A DNA stretch of 64,000 bases. It comes from an uncultured Nitrospiraceae bacterium. GTDB lineage: Bacteria; Nitrospirota; Nitrospiria; Nitrospirales; Nitrospiraceae. The position numbers were made by a program, and so were the translations under genes. Numbering within the stretch: position 1 is the first letter of the stretch; each line of letters opens with the position of its first letter. The stretch covers positions 352,001 through 416,000 of the forward strand of contig CAVSTP010000003.1 of the NCBI GenBank assembly GCA_963730935.1, in the 5' to 3' direction. This document shows, in pieces, positions 29,046-39,389 of this stretch. A model generated the notes under the pieces. It was not told where the DNA came from, searched no databases, and saw only the letters and a program-made list of their open reading frames with translations.

Positions 29046-29449
29046 TCGGATTACCTCCAAATTAAACCCGGCATTCCGCCGGGCACACACTGGGCAGCTG
29101 AATCTCAGTAAGGCCTCGGCACTTGAGGGTGGTTCACGAGGCGGGTTGCACAATCCAAGGCTATTTCACAAGTACCCTCACCGGCCTTGAACGATGGAAC
29201 TGTATTATACATCAATTTTCTCCAAATGATAGAGGCTTCGGATTCTTCAATTGTACCGGATCGCTCCTCACTGTCGACTCGAGCGTAAAATCGCGATGTT
29301 GCCAATCGAAATGATTGAAATCGACCTGGCCATTTCTTGTTACTGTAGGTCTAATGACCATCCGTCGATGGGAAAATGGCGTATCTCAAGTGCAACTGGA
29401 ACGGGTGAGAATAGAGACTTTCCGAGCATCCTGCTAGAATGCGCGACCC

Positions 29450-30475
29450 ATGAAGGATCGCTTTCTCAAGGCCTGTCGCCGCGAACCGGTGGATTGCACA
29501 CCGGTGTGGTTCATGCGGCAGGCAGGCCGGTACATGGCGGAATACCGCTCCTTGCGGGCCAAGCACTCCATGCTGGCGCTCTGCAAAACGCCAGAGCTGG
29601 CCGCGCAGGTCACCCTCCAACCGATCGACCGATTCCCGGTGGATGCCGCGATTATCTTTGCCGACATCCTCTTACCGCTGGAGGCGATGGGATTGAATTT
29701 GGAATTCGCCGAAGGGGAGGGGCCCATCATCCATAATCCGATCCGTGAGCGGGCCGATGTCGAGCACCTCAAGGCGATCGACGGGACGGAATTGGAGTAT
29801 GTCGCTGAGGCGATACGGCAGACCCGCCAGGCTCTGGATGGGCGCGTGCCGCTGATCGGATTCGCCGGGGCGCCGTTTACCCTCGCGAGTTATGCGATCG
29901 AGGGCGGCGGGTCCCGCAATTACGTCCTCACGAAATCTATGATGTATCGCGAACCGGAGGCCTGGCATCAGCTGATGGATAAGTTGGCCCGCGTTGTGAC
30001 CGGCTATCTGCGCCGACAGATCCGGGGCGGCGCGCAAGCGATCCAACTCTTCGATAGTTGGGTTGGCTGCCTATCGGCGGGCGACTATGCGGAATACGTC
30101 AGGCCTCATGTACAACTGATTTTCGAGGGATTGAGGCGCGAAGGCGTGCCCATGATCCATTTTGGCACCGGTACCACCGCGTTGTTACGCCAGATGCGGG
30201 AAGCTGGAGGCGATGTCATCGGCGTTGATTGGCGCGTTCACCTCGATGAGGCATGGGCTATGATCGGTCACGATCGCGCCGTGCAAGGGAACTTGGATCC
30301 AGTCGCACTGTATGCCCCGCTCCATGAAATTGAACGCAGGGTGGAAGATATCCTGCGCCGGGCTGCCGGCCGCAATGGACATATTTTCAACCTGGGCCAC
30401 GGCATTCTGCCGACGACGCCGATCGAGCATGTCGAGGCCGCCATCAACATGATCCACAAATTGAGCCAGCGGTAG
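29450..30475 (+). CDS. hemE: Uroporphyrinogen decarboxylase
   Basis: PVWFMRQAGRY, GFAGAPFTLASY, QGNLDP, FNLGHG. Confidence 0.97.
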   Translation: MKDRFLKACRREPVDCTPVWFMRQAGRYMAEYRSLRAKHSMLALCKTPELAAQVTLQPIDRFPVDAAIIFADILLPLEAMGLNLEFAEGEGPIIHNPIRERADVEHLKAIDGTELEYVAEAIRQTRQALDGRVPLIGFAGAPFTLASYAIEGGGSRNYVLTKSMMYREPEAWHQLMDKLARVVTGYLRRQIRGGAQAIQLFDSWVGCLSAGDYAEYVRPHVQLIFEGLRREGVPMIHFGTGTTALLRQMREAGGDVIGVDWRVHLDEAWAMIGHDRAVQGNLDPVALYAPLHEIERRVEDILRRAAGRNGHIFNLGHGILPTTPIEHVEAAINMIHKLSQR

Positions 30476-30489
30476 CCGTCGTCATCCTC

Positions 30490-31440
30490 ATGCCACCCAC
30501 ATCACAACCGATCGCCGTGCTTCTCATGGCCATGGGAGGACCGGATTGCCTCGAGAACGTGGAGCCATTCCTGCGCGACGTGCGCGGCGGGCGTCCCACT
30601 CCGCCAGAGCTTGTCGCCGAAATTCAAGCGCGTTATCGAGCGACCGGTGGAAAATCTCCGGCTGTCGACATGACGATGAGCGTGGCGAAAAAGCTCGAGG
30701 CGCGGTTGAACGAGTCCGGCCGCGGGCGCTATCGGGTGTATGTGGGTCTTCGGCATTGGCACCCGTTCATCAAGGATACCTTGGCCCAAGTGCTTCGAGA
30801 CGATCCGGAGCACATCATTGGCTTCTGCATGGCCCCCCAGCAATCGTCCCTCAGTACCGGCGCCTATCGAAAAAAAGTCGAGGAAGCCCAAGCATTCATG
30901 AGCGATCACCGTTCCATCAGTTACGTGGGGAGTTGGAACAGGCATCCGAAGTTCATCGCTGGCATCGTCGACAACATTCAACAGGGGCTTCACAGGTTTC
31001 CTCCCGCTGCCCGCCCCCATGTCACCGTCCTGTTCACCGCCCACAGTTTGCCGGAACGGATTGTGGCGATGAACGATCCTTACCCTAATGAGGTGAACGG
31101 TACGGTGGCCGCCGTGACCGCCTTCCTCGGCGGACAACCATCGGCGTTCGCCTATCAAAGCCAAGGGCGCTCTGCCGAACGGTGGCTTGGTCCCATGGTG
31201 GAAGCCACCCTTGACGAATTGGCGTGTGCCGGGCAACGGCACGTGCTGGTGGCGCCGATTGGATTTCTGTGCGATCACGTCGAGACGCTGTACGACATCG
31301 ACATCGAGTTGAAGCAGGTGGCGTCCGGCCGTGGAATTCAGCTGGAGCGCATTGCGATGCTGAACGACTCGTCCGTCTTCATTGAGACACTGGTCGACGT
31401 CGTCGCTGCTCACGAATCCTCGTTGTCGATTCCGTCGTGA
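30490..31440 (+). CDS. hemH: Ferrochelatase (proto- or coproporphyrin)
   Basis: MGGP, GGKSP, FTAHSLP, YQS, WLGP, DHVETLYDID. Confidence 0.95.
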   Translation: MPPTSQPIAVLLMAMGGPDCLENVEPFLRDVRGGRPTPPELVAEIQARYRATGGKSPAVDMTMSVAKKLEARLNESGRGRYRVYVGLRHWHPFIKDTLAQVLRDDPEHIIGFCMAPQQSSLSTGAYRKKVEEAQAFMSDHRSISYVGSWNRHPKFIAGIVDNIQQGLHRFPPAARPHVTVLFTAHSLPERIVAMNDPYPNEVNGTVAAVTAFLGGQPSAFAYQSQGRSAERWLGPMVEATLDELACAGQRHVLVAPIGFLCDHVETLYDIDIELKQVASGRGIQLERIAMLNDSSVFIETLVDVVAAHESSLSIPS

Positions 31441-32885
31441 CCTCTCCTCACACAGTCGTGGTGATCGGTGGAGGCATTTCCGGATTGGCGACGGCGCTTG
31501 CGCTGATGGAGCAAGCCGACGCGACAGGAGTGGCGCTGCGTTGTACCGTGCTGGAGGCAGGACACGCTTGGGGCGGCAAGATCGTTACTCACAAAATCCG
31601 CGAACTGATTACCGAAGCCGGCCCTGATTCATTCCTGTCCACCAAGCCTGCCGGACTTGAGCTCGTGGCTAAGCTCGGTCTGACCCAGGAGCTGATCAAT
31701 ACCAACGAAACCGGCAAGAAGGCATTTGTCTATTCGTGTGGACGCTTGCGAGAACTGCCCGAAGGCCTTATTGCGTTCACCCCGGGACAGATCGGCCCTT
31801 TTTTGAAGAGCGGTCTGTTGTCTTTCCGCGGTGTTCTCCGCATGGGTCTGGATTTCGTGCTGCCGGCCAATCGGTCTACCATCGACGAATCGCTCGCTTC
31901 GTTTATCCGACGTCGGTTCGGCCGGGAAGCCTTCGAACGCATGATGGAGCCGTTGATGGCCGGCATCTATGCCGGCGATGCCGAGCAGATGAGCGTGAGA
32001 GCGACGTTTCCGCGCTTTGTGGAGTTGGAGCAGGCTCACGGTAGCATCCTGCGCGGCATGCTCGCGGCGAAATCGGCCAACAACGGAGCGGCTCGACAGG
32101 CGGCCCGGCGGACAATGTTCGTCAGCCTCAAGCCCGGTCTTGAAGCGCTCGTGACTGCGCTTATCGGCCGGTTGTCTAGCCACGGAGTGACGTTGAGAAG
32201 CGGCGTGCTCGTGGAATCTTTGCGCGTGCGCTCGCATCAGCTTGGACGATGGACGTATGACGTGATACTGCAAGACGGATCTGCGCTTTCCGCCGACAGC
32301 CTGGTGCTCGCGACGCCGGCATTTGTCACGGCGGAGCTGTTGCGACCCTTGACCCCGATTGCGGGGGGACTGCTCGAGATGATTCCCTATGCCTCCACCG
32401 CAACGATTGCCCTTGCCTATCCGGCCTCCGTCGTCGGCGGCTCGATCGAGGGTTTCGGATTTGTCGTGCCTCGAGTCGAACGACGCGATCTCATCGCCGC
32501 GACATGGACCTCGTTGAAGTGGCCTCACCGCGCACCGTCTGGCCAATTGTTGGCTCGCTGCTACGTGGGAGGATCGGGGCGCGAAGCCATTCTCGAGCTC
32601 GATGATGAGGCGCTGGTCGAGCGGGTAAAATCCGAGTTGAAGGAGATCTGCGGCCTTGCCGCGAAGCCCATGTATGTGGAGGTCAATCGCTGGATGAAAG
32701 CTATGCCGCAATATCGCCTAGGACACCTGGAACGTCTCGAGCAAGCTGAGGCAGCATTGGGCCGGTACGGCGGCGTGGTGCTGACCGGTGCAGCCTATCG
32801 AGGCGTGGGAATACCAGATTGTATTCGTGAGGGTGCCGTGGCAGCGGAGAAGGTGATTCGGTACTTCTCAGGGGAGCGGCATTAA
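31437..32885 (+). CDS. hemY: HemY-type protoporphyrinogen/coproporphyrinogen oxidase
   Basis: GGGISGL, EAGPDSF, GIYAGD, GFGFVVP, KWPHRAP, MPQY, GVGIPDCI. Confidence 0.93.
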   Translation: MTSPHTVVVIGGGISGLATALALMEQADATGVALRCTVLEAGHAWGGKIVTHKIRELITEAGPDSFLSTKPAGLELVAKLGLTQELINTNETGKKAFVYSCGRLRELPEGLIAFTPGQIGPFLKSGLLSFRGVLRMGLDFVLPANRSTIDESLASFIRRRFGREAFERMMEPLMAGIYAGDAEQMSVRATFPRFVELEQAHGSILRGMLAAKSANNGAARQAARRTMFVSLKPGLEALVTALIGRLSSHGVTLRSGVLVESLRVRSHQLGRWTYDVILQDGSALSADSLVLATPAFVTAELLRPLTPIAGGLLEMIPYASTATIALAYPASVVGGSIEGFGFVVPRVERRDLIAATWTSLKWPHRAPSGQLLARCYVGGSGREAILELDDEALVERVKSELKEICGLAAKPMYVEVNRWMKAMPQYRLGHLERLEQAEAALGRYGGVVLTGAAYRGVGIPDCIREGAVAAEKVIRYFSGERH

Positions 32886-32899
32886 AGGAAACAGGCGCT

Positions 32900-33313
32900 A
32901 TGACGATGACGAACGCCATGAAAATCCTTGGGGTGGCTGGGCCCTTTCGTGAGCCGCGGGAACCCGTATTCTCCTATGACTATTCCATTCAGCGCCCGCA
33001 TTGGCCGATGCCCCATGCCGTCCGTGTCAAGGTGGCCATCGCGGAAGAACTCGACGTGCTGCGAGGAAGGGTCCTTGGTCCGGTGAGCGGATCACCCGGT
33101 CAACAACTCCTGGTGTCCCAACTGCTCACGAGACGAATCGCCGACGAAAAATTGCGGATCGCCGATCACGATGGACTGCTCTCTGGTCGCGCCGACGTGG
33201 TGGTTGCACCGTTCACAGGTGCAATGGCGCATTTGTTTGCGAGGCTCGAGTCCTGGTTGGAGCAGCAGCAGGAGGCGCTACGGACGGAGATCAAAGACCG
33301 CGCGAAGATTTAA
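32900..33313 (+). CDS. Hypothetical protein downstream of hemY
   Basis: RBS-like aaagga; operonic spacing. Confidence 0.65.
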   Translation: MTMTNAMKILGVAGPFREPREPVFSYDYSIQRPHWPMPHAVRVKVAIAEELDVLRGRVLGPVSGSPGQQLLVSQLLTRRIADEKLRIADHDGLLSGRADVVVAPFTGAMAHLFARLESWLEQQQEALRTEIKDRAKI

Positions 33314-33335
33314 TTTCTGATCGCGTCACGCCCGT

Positions 33336-33956
33336 TCAAAAAACCTTCCGATAGTGCTTCGAATGAACGCCTGATTCATCGGCAAATCCGATGGATGCCG
33401 TGTCAGGCGCCCCCGTGTTGTTCAAGTCGATGCGGTAGTGGCCGCGGATCTCTTCCATCGCTACCTCAAACGGCACCCGGTCGGGATAAAGTCCTCCTGG
33501 CGCATGAGCGCCGCGCGAGAGCGTTCTGATCACGTCCGTCTCCGCATAGGTCGGGTTGGAAAACACATAAATGTCCGCCACTGCATGGTCGGCGAGTTTG
33601 TGGCCCGGCGTTGTTGCTGGAATGAGATCGGTGAGCGTGCCCGCGAGGCGTTCCTTCTTCAGCCGCTTCAAGAGACCTACGACCTGACTCTCGGTGGCTT
33701 GTGGAGGTACGACCACACTGACCGCGTTCATGTCGGGGACCGTCGATTGGACTTTGAAAATCACCGGCGCCGCTTCGGGATCTTCGATCATAGGGCCGGC
33801 GGGGCCCTCCGTGCTGGCCGCCTGCTTGTTTCGCGAGCTGGGGACGATCAGCGCGACGAACAGCCAGAGACCGAGCAGGACCCCAAACACCACGACCAGC
33901 GGATGCACGCCGGCGCGCTTGCCCTCCTGATACGGACCCTGGTCTTCTCCCATCAT
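33336..33956 (-). CDS. Single-TM membrane-anchored hypothetical protein
   Basis: ATGA overlap with the mazG stop; N-terminal TM. Confidence 0.7.
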   Translation of the reverse strand: MMGEDQGPYQEGKRAGVHPLVVVFGVLLGLWLFVALIVPSSRNKQAASTEGPAGPMIEDPEAAPVIFKVQSTVPDMNAVSVVVPPQATESQVVGLLKRLKKERLAGTLTDLIPATTPGHKLADHAVADIYVFSNPTYAETDVIRTLSRGAHAPGGLYPDRVPFEVAMEEIRGHYRIDLNNTGAPDTASIGFADESGVHSKHYRKVF

Positions 33957-34792
33957 CCCCTCTCGTCGCTCGACGGCATCTGCCGCTTGGCGTCTTCCCA
34001 CATCCGATTCATCTCATCGAACGACAGGTCACGGACCGCGCGTCCTTCATGTGCCGCCTGCCGCTCGATGTATTGAAAACGAGTCACGAAGCGGCTGACG
34101 GCCCGGCGCAATGCGTCTTCCGGATTCACCTTGACGAAGCGGGCTAGATTGACGAGCGAGAACAGGACATCGCCGAATTCGGCCTCAATCTCGCCTTGTT
34201 TCCCTTCGACGGAGGATGGCTGCCTGAGCGCGGTTCTCAATTCGCGAATTTCTTCTTCAATCTTTATCAAGACTTGGTCAAAGCCGGCTTGGTCATGACT
34301 CCAATCGAACCCGACACGCGAGGCGCGAGCTTGGATCTGATAGGCGCGCAACAGGGCAGGCAGTGTCTGGGGGACGCCATCGAGCACCGATTCCGGTCGT
34401 CCTTCCGCTTGACGCTCCGCTCGTTTGATGTCTTCCCATTTGGCCAACACCTGATCGGCGTTGGCCGGGATGGGATCCTTGGAGCCGTTTGGAAAGACGT
34501 GTGGATGGCGCCGTACGAGTTTGTCGGCAAGTTGGTCGAGCACATCGTCGATGGTGAAGGTGCCGGCTTCAGCAGCGATCTGACTGTGGAAGAGAACCTG
34601 AAGCAGCACGTCACCGAGCTCTTCTGCAAGCTTTCGGCGGTCCTGCTGATCAATTGTTTCCAGCACCTCGTACGTTTCTTCGAGCAGATACGCCTTTAAT
34701 GATTCATGCGTCTGCTTGCGGTCCCAGGGGCATCCATTTGGCGCACGCAACGCCGCCATCAGGTGGGTCAATTTTTGAAAGCGCTCGGACAA
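33953..34792 (-). CDS. mazG: Nucleoside triphosphate pyrophosphohydrolase
   Basis: LRAPNGCPWDRKQT, EETYE, EELGD, RRHPHVF, VGFDW. Confidence 0.95.
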   Translation of the reverse strand: MSERFQKLTHLMAALRAPNGCPWDRKQTHESLKAYLLEETYEVLETIDQQDRRKLAEELGDVLLQVLFHSQIAAEAGTFTIDDVLDQLADKLVRRHPHVFPNGSKDPIPANADQVLAKWEDIKRAERQAEGRPESVLDGVPQTLPALLRAYQIQARASRVGFDWSHDQAGFDQVLIKIEEEIRELRTALRQPSSVEGKQGEIEAEFGDVLFSLVNLARFVKVNPEDALRRAVSRFVTRFQYIERQAAHEGRAVRDLSFDEMNRMWEDAKRQMPSSDERG

Positions 34793-34937
34793 CCTTGAGG
34801 CTCCAGTGGTGGCTCAAAGAGGCTATTATACCTGGTTCTCATGGCCCTTCAACGAGTTGCGCCGGCAGGGGCCCTATGGTACGCTCCCCACCGCGGTAGG
34901 CGCGCCGGTCCAGTTCGCACCTCTCACGGAGGCAGTC

Positions 34938-35336
34938 GTGCCGGGAGAACAAGAAGAAGGATTTATCATTCGAGATCGGCGGGGCAGCAGCACAGGCGCC
35001 GATCGTCCTGCTCCAGCGACTTCACACTCCCAGGCGGCCTCGAAGGAGGCGCCGTCGAGCCCTACGGCTGGAGCGGAGACGGCGAGCGGGGTGCCGGTGA
35101 CCTTCGCCTCCTTTGTGATTTCACTCGGCAGTTCCAGCCTCATGCTCATGGGTGAGCAATTGGACCCGCAGCAGCCTGCCATGCCGGTCAATTTGCCGCA
35201 AGCTAAAGAAATCATTGATCTGCTTTCTGTCCTGGATGTGAAGACGAAGGGAAATCTCACGACCGAAGAGCAAACGGTATTGCGCGATATGCTCTACGCG
35301 CTGCGCATGAAATACGTCAGTTTGACTTCGAAGTAA
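34938..35336 (+). CDS. DUF1844-like protein
   Basis: GTG with GGAGG RBS; F.IRDRR, F..FV.SL, A...IDLL..L..KTKGNL..EE. Confidence 0.8.
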   Translation: MPGEQEEGFIIRDRRGSSTGADRPAPATSHSQAASKEAPSSPTAGAETASGVPVTFASFVISLGSSSLMLMGEQLDPQQPAMPVNLPQAKEIIDLLSVLDVKTKGNLTTEEQTVLRDMLYALRMKYVSLTSK

Positions 35337-35463
35337 TCCTGCTAGCTGTGTACGGCCTCCTGCTCCTTCTGGGAGCGTAGCAACCTTTGAGCCAGGCTTC
35401 CATTTCCGCTATAGTGAAGACCGTACCTGCCAGAGGTCCGCGTCATGACAAGGAGTTCGGGCT

Positions 35464-37797
35464 GTGAGTGAACCCCGCCCAAACATGGTCTCTCCGGTTT
35501 GGACCGGTCCGGAGCGTCGTGCCGCGCAGGAGGCGTCCGTGGGAGTCTATTCCGAAGGCTTGACCACTCCGCCTCTCCAGGAGCCGGAGCGCCGGAAGCG
35601 GCATCTAAGGCCGGTCTGGATTCTGCTGTTGTTTCTCATTCCATGTCTCGCGCTCACGTTTTACTACGGCCAGGTCGTTGTCCCAGGCAACGATGATCCG
35701 GATGCGTTTTTCCCGTCCACGAGCTATGCGCTTGTACTCCTGCTGATCAATCTCGATCTGATCGGTTTCGTCGTTCTGCTGCTCCTGCTTTCGAGAAATC
35801 TCATCAAAGCCTATTTCGAACGCCGCCACCGGTTGATTGGATCAGGGTTTCGTACGAAGCTTGTGGCCGCCTTCATCGGCTTTTCGCTGATCCCCACCAT
35901 GCTCTTGGCCTTCGTGGCCAGCGGCCTGGTGAACAAGGCCGTAGACGTATGGTTCAGCGATCAAATCGACCGGGTCATGCGTGACTCGTATGAAGTTGCG
36001 AAGATGCAGCATGCGGGACATATCACGTTGGCGGTGAACAGCGCTCGCGCCATTAGCCACGAAATTTTCAGAGAGGACATGCTGCTGCCTGGGCAGCGGG
36101 ATCTGTTGATGGCCGCCATGGCGCGCAAGCGGGTGGAGTTCGGCGTGGCGGGCATTGAAGTGTATTCCGCCAAGATGGAGACGCTGGCGAAATCGCTCGA
36201 TGCGGAAGTACCGGCAGGGGTTCTCGATTTACCGATTGGACAACTCGTTCTCCAGGCGATCAATGGGAAGCAGGAGGCGAACACCGTTCAGGAAGCGCAG
36301 ACGGGGAGGTTGGTTCGCGCGGCGGCGCCGGTGGCGGCAAGTGGACGGGGTAATGAGGTTGGAGGGGTGGTGGTGGTGGATGCCTATGTTCCCGAATCCC
36401 TCCTCGCCAAGATGGACGGTATTGGTCGCCAATACGAAGAATACAAGCAAATCAAGGCGATGAAAAATCCAATTAAGGCCGGCGCCTATTTGTTCGTCGC
36501 AGTCATCACGATGTTGATTCTGTTCGGGGCGACCTGGTTCGGATTCTACGTCGCACGCAGCATCACGGTTCCGATCCAGCGATTGGCCGAAGCGACGGAT
36601 GCGATTGCGCAAGGCGATCTGTCCGTACGCATCGACGCGAAAGCTACCGACGAGATTGGAACGCTCATCGACTCCTTCAACCGGATGACGTCCGATTTAC
36701 AAAGCAGCAAGTCCACCATCGAGGCGGCAAACCTCTCCTTGCGCCGCAACAATCTCGAACTCGACCGCCGCCGTGCTTATATAGAAACAGTGGTTGAAAC
36801 GATTGCCGCCGGGTTGCTGTCTATCGACAAGAACGGGATGGTGACCAATTTCAATCCGTCCGGTGAGCGGATTCTCGGCGTGTCCACCGGGCGCATGCAA
36901 GGGCGGCCGGCCAACGAGGCATTCAAGGAGTTTGGGTTGACGCTGTTTCAAACGATCTACGATCGTATGTTGCAGGATCAGCGCGACGATTTGACGCTCG
37001 ACGGCACGGTGGAGGTCGACGGGAAATTTCTGACGGTTGCTCTGCATGCGTCGCGAATGAAGGACGAGCAGGGTCAGGATCTCGGCGTCGTTCTGGTGTT
37101 CGAGGACCTCACCGAACTGCTCAAGGCGCAAAAAGTGGCGGCCTGGCAGGAAGTGGCGCGCAGGGTGGCGCACGAGATCAAGAATCCACTTACTCCCATC
37201 CAGTTGTCCGCCCAGCGCATGCGCAAGAAATATTTGGAAAAGGCGCCAGACTTTGACCGGGTGTTCGACGAATCCACGAACGTAATTGTGAATGAGGTGG
37301 CCAGCCTCAAGCATATGGTGGACGAATTTTCGAAATTCGCTCGCCTGCCGGCGCCGCAACTCGCATTGCAGTCGCTCCATGACGTGATTAACGAGGTGAT
37401 TGCGCTCTACCGCGGCGCACATAAAGACATCGAATTGATCGTGTCGCTGGATGAAGACTTGCCCCAACTCAAGCTCGACTGGGAGCAGATAAAGCGCGTG
37501 CTCGTCAATCTGCTCGATAACGCGATCCAGGCGATGAACCAGAAGGGGCGGGTGTGGGTGACGACGCAGTACGACACCAAGCGCCGGCGGGCCGTCGTCT
37601 CGATTGCGGACGAGGGCACCGGAATTGCGCCAGAAGACCAAGAGAAACTGTTCGTGCCTTACTTCACGAGGAAGAAAACGGGCACAGGTCTGGGCCTCGC
37701 GATTGTACGGCGGATCATTACGGATCACGAGGGCCAAATCACGGCCGGCAACAACCAGCCGCGTGGCGCGTTGTTTACCTTTGAATTGCCGGTCTAG
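35464..37797 (+). CDS. ntrY: NtrY-like sensor histidine kinase (HAMP, PAS)
   Basis: TMs, HAMP, AWQEVARRVAHEIKNPLTPIQLSA, EFSKFARLP, GTGLGL. Confidence 0.88.
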   Translation: MSEPRPNMVSPVWTGPERRAAQEASVGVYSEGLTTPPLQEPERRKRHLRPVWILLLFLIPCLALTFYYGQVVVPGNDDPDAFFPSTSYALVLLLINLDLIGFVVLLLLLSRNLIKAYFERRHRLIGSGFRTKLVAAFIGFSLIPTMLLAFVASGLVNKAVDVWFSDQIDRVMRDSYEVAKMQHAGHITLAVNSARAISHEIFREDMLLPGQRDLLMAAMARKRVEFGVAGIEVYSAKMETLAKSLDAEVPAGVLDLPIGQLVLQAINGKQEANTVQEAQTGRLVRAAAPVAASGRGNEVGGVVVVDAYVPESLLAKMDGIGRQYEEYKQIKAMKNPIKAGAYLFVAVITMLILFGATWFGFYVARSITVPIQRLAEATDAIAQGDLSVRIDAKATDEIGTLIDSFNRMTSDLQSSKSTIEAANLSLRRNNLELDRRRAYIETVVETIAAGLLSIDKNGMVTNFNPSGERILGVSTGRMQGRPANEAFKEFGLTLFQTIYDRMLQDQRDDLTLDGTVEVDGKFLTVALHASRMKDEQGQDLGVVLVFEDLTELLKAQKVAAWQEVARRVAHEIKNPLTPIQLSAQRMRKKYLEKAPDFDRVFDESTNVIVNEVASLKHMVDEFSKFARLPAPQLALQSLHDVINEVIALYRGAHKDIELIVSLDEDLPQLKLDWEQIKRVLVNLLDNAIQAMNQKGRVWVTTQYDTKRRRAVVSIADEGTGIAPEDQEKLFVPYFTRKKTGTGLGLAIVRRIITDHEGQITAGNNQPRGALFTFELPV

Positions 37798-37817
37798 CAG
37801 CGGAAGCAGGGAGTCCC

Positions 37818-39224
37818 ATGTCAGCTTCGATCTTGGTCGTCGACGATGAAGAAGCGATTGTCTCGTCTCTCAGCAGCATTCTGCAGGACGAGGGCTATGA
37901 GGTCTCGGTCGCCAAGAGCGGCGCCGAGGCATTGAAAACTTACATGGCCGACCCACCGGATCTGATGCTCCTCGATATCTGGATGCCCGACATGGACGGC
38001 CTGGAAACGTTGCGCCGTATCAGAGAATTTGTGCCGACTGCGCAGGTCATGGTGATGTCCGGCCACGGGTCTATCGAAACCGCCGTCAAAGCCATTAAGT
38101 TGGGCGCATACGACTACATTGAGAAGCCTCTTTCGTTGGAAAATGTCACGTTGCGCGTCAAGCACGCGCTGGAGCAGTATCGGTTGGAAGAGGAGAACCG
38201 GTCGTTACGTACGAAGGTCCAGCGAAAGTTCGAGCTCGTCGGCCAATCCCCCGCCATGCAACAACTCCGTCAATTGATTGATACGGCCGGCCCGACGAAC
38301 AGCCGGGTCCTGGTCGGAGGAGAGAACGGAACGGGGAAGGAACTGGTCGCGCGTGCGATCCATCTGCAGAGCGCCAGGGCGGATCGGCCGTTCGTGGCCG
38401 TCAATTGCGCCGCGATTCCGGAAACCCTGATTGAGAGCGAGTTGTTCGGTCACGAGAAAGGCTCATTCAGCGGCGCCACCTCTATGAAACGGGGACAATT
38501 CGAGCAGGCGGACGGCGGCACGCTGTTTTTGGATGAGATCGGGGACATGAGCTTCAATACGCAGGCCAAGGTGCTGCGTGCCCTTCAAGAACAGCAATTC
38601 ACCAGAGTCGGCGGAACCAAGTTACTGAAGGTCGATGTACGAGTGCTGGCTGCGTCGAATAAGGATCTCTTGAAAGAGATTGAGAAAGGGGCCTTTCGGG
38701 AAGATCTCTATTATCGCCTGAACGTCGTCCCGATCGTGGTGCCTCCGCTTCGGGAGAGGCGTGAAGACATTCCGCTTCTCATCCGCCATTTCATGAAAGT
38801 TCATGCGGAAGAGCAGGGGTTACGCATGAAAGAGGTGACGCCCGAAGCGATGAACGTTTTTCAGCAGTACGAGTGGCCCGGCAATATCAGGGAACTCCGG
38901 AACTTGATCGAGCGGTTGATGATTATGGTCCCGGGTAACGTAATCGACGTGGCGCAAGCCACGACGTCGCTGCAAGTGAAGCCTTCCGGAGCCGTCCCTG
39001 CAGCCACGAACGCGATGATCCAACCTGTCGTAAACCCACTCTTTACGCAGCCCTACGACTCGCTTCGCGATGCACGGAATGCGTTTGAGAAGGAATATAT
39101 CGGACGCAAACTACGCGAGCATCATTGGAACATTTCGCGCACGGCGGAAGAATTGAAAATCGAGCGCAGCCATCTGCACCGAAAGATCAAATTACTGGAT
39201 GTGGAAATGCGTCCGGAATCCTGA
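37818..39224 (+). CDS. ntrX: NtrX-like sigma54-family response regulator (REC-AAA+-Fis HTH)
   Basis: LDIWMP, MSGHG, GENGTGKE, FLDEIGD, WPGNIREL. Confidence 0.88.
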   Translation: MSASILVVDDEEAIVSSLSSILQDEGYEVSVAKSGAEALKTYMADPPDLMLLDIWMPDMDGLETLRRIREFVPTAQVMVMSGHGSIETAVKAIKLGAYDYIEKPLSLENVTLRVKHALEQYRLEEENRSLRTKVQRKFELVGQSPAMQQLRQLIDTAGPTNSRVLVGGENGTGKELVARAIHLQSARADRPFVAVNCAAIPETLIESELFGHEKGSFSGATSMKRGQFEQADGGTLFLDEIGDMSFNTQAKVLRALQEQQFTRVGGTKLLKVDVRVLAASNKDLLKEIEKGAFREDLYYRLNVVPIVVPPLRERREDIPLLIRHFMKVHAEEQGLRMKEVTPEAMNVFQQYEWPGNIRELRNLIERLMIMVPGNVIDVAQATTSLQVKPSGAVPAATNAMIQPVVNPLFTQPYDSLRDARNAFEKEYIGRKLREHHWNISRTAEELKIERSHLHRKIKLLDVEMRPES

Positions 39225-39276
39225 GTTCGGATCAGGGTCGTGCCTTCTAACTAAAAGCAGATAACACAGTTGTGTT

Positions 39277-39353
39277 TGGTCGGGGCGAAAGGATTTGAAC
39301 CTTCGACCCCTGCGTCCCGAACGCAGTGCGCTACCGGGCTGCGCTACGCCCCG
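39277..39353 (-). tRNA. tRNA-Pro (anticodon CGG)
   Basis: CGGGGCGTAGCGCAGCCCGGTAGCGCACTGCGTTCGGGACGCAGGGGTCGAAGGTTCAAATCCTTTCGCCCCGACCA; cloverleaf with encoded CCA. Confidence 0.97.
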
Positions 39354-39389
39354 ACCGGGTGAGTGTCTCGGAAAGGAGTCGCGATTGTC

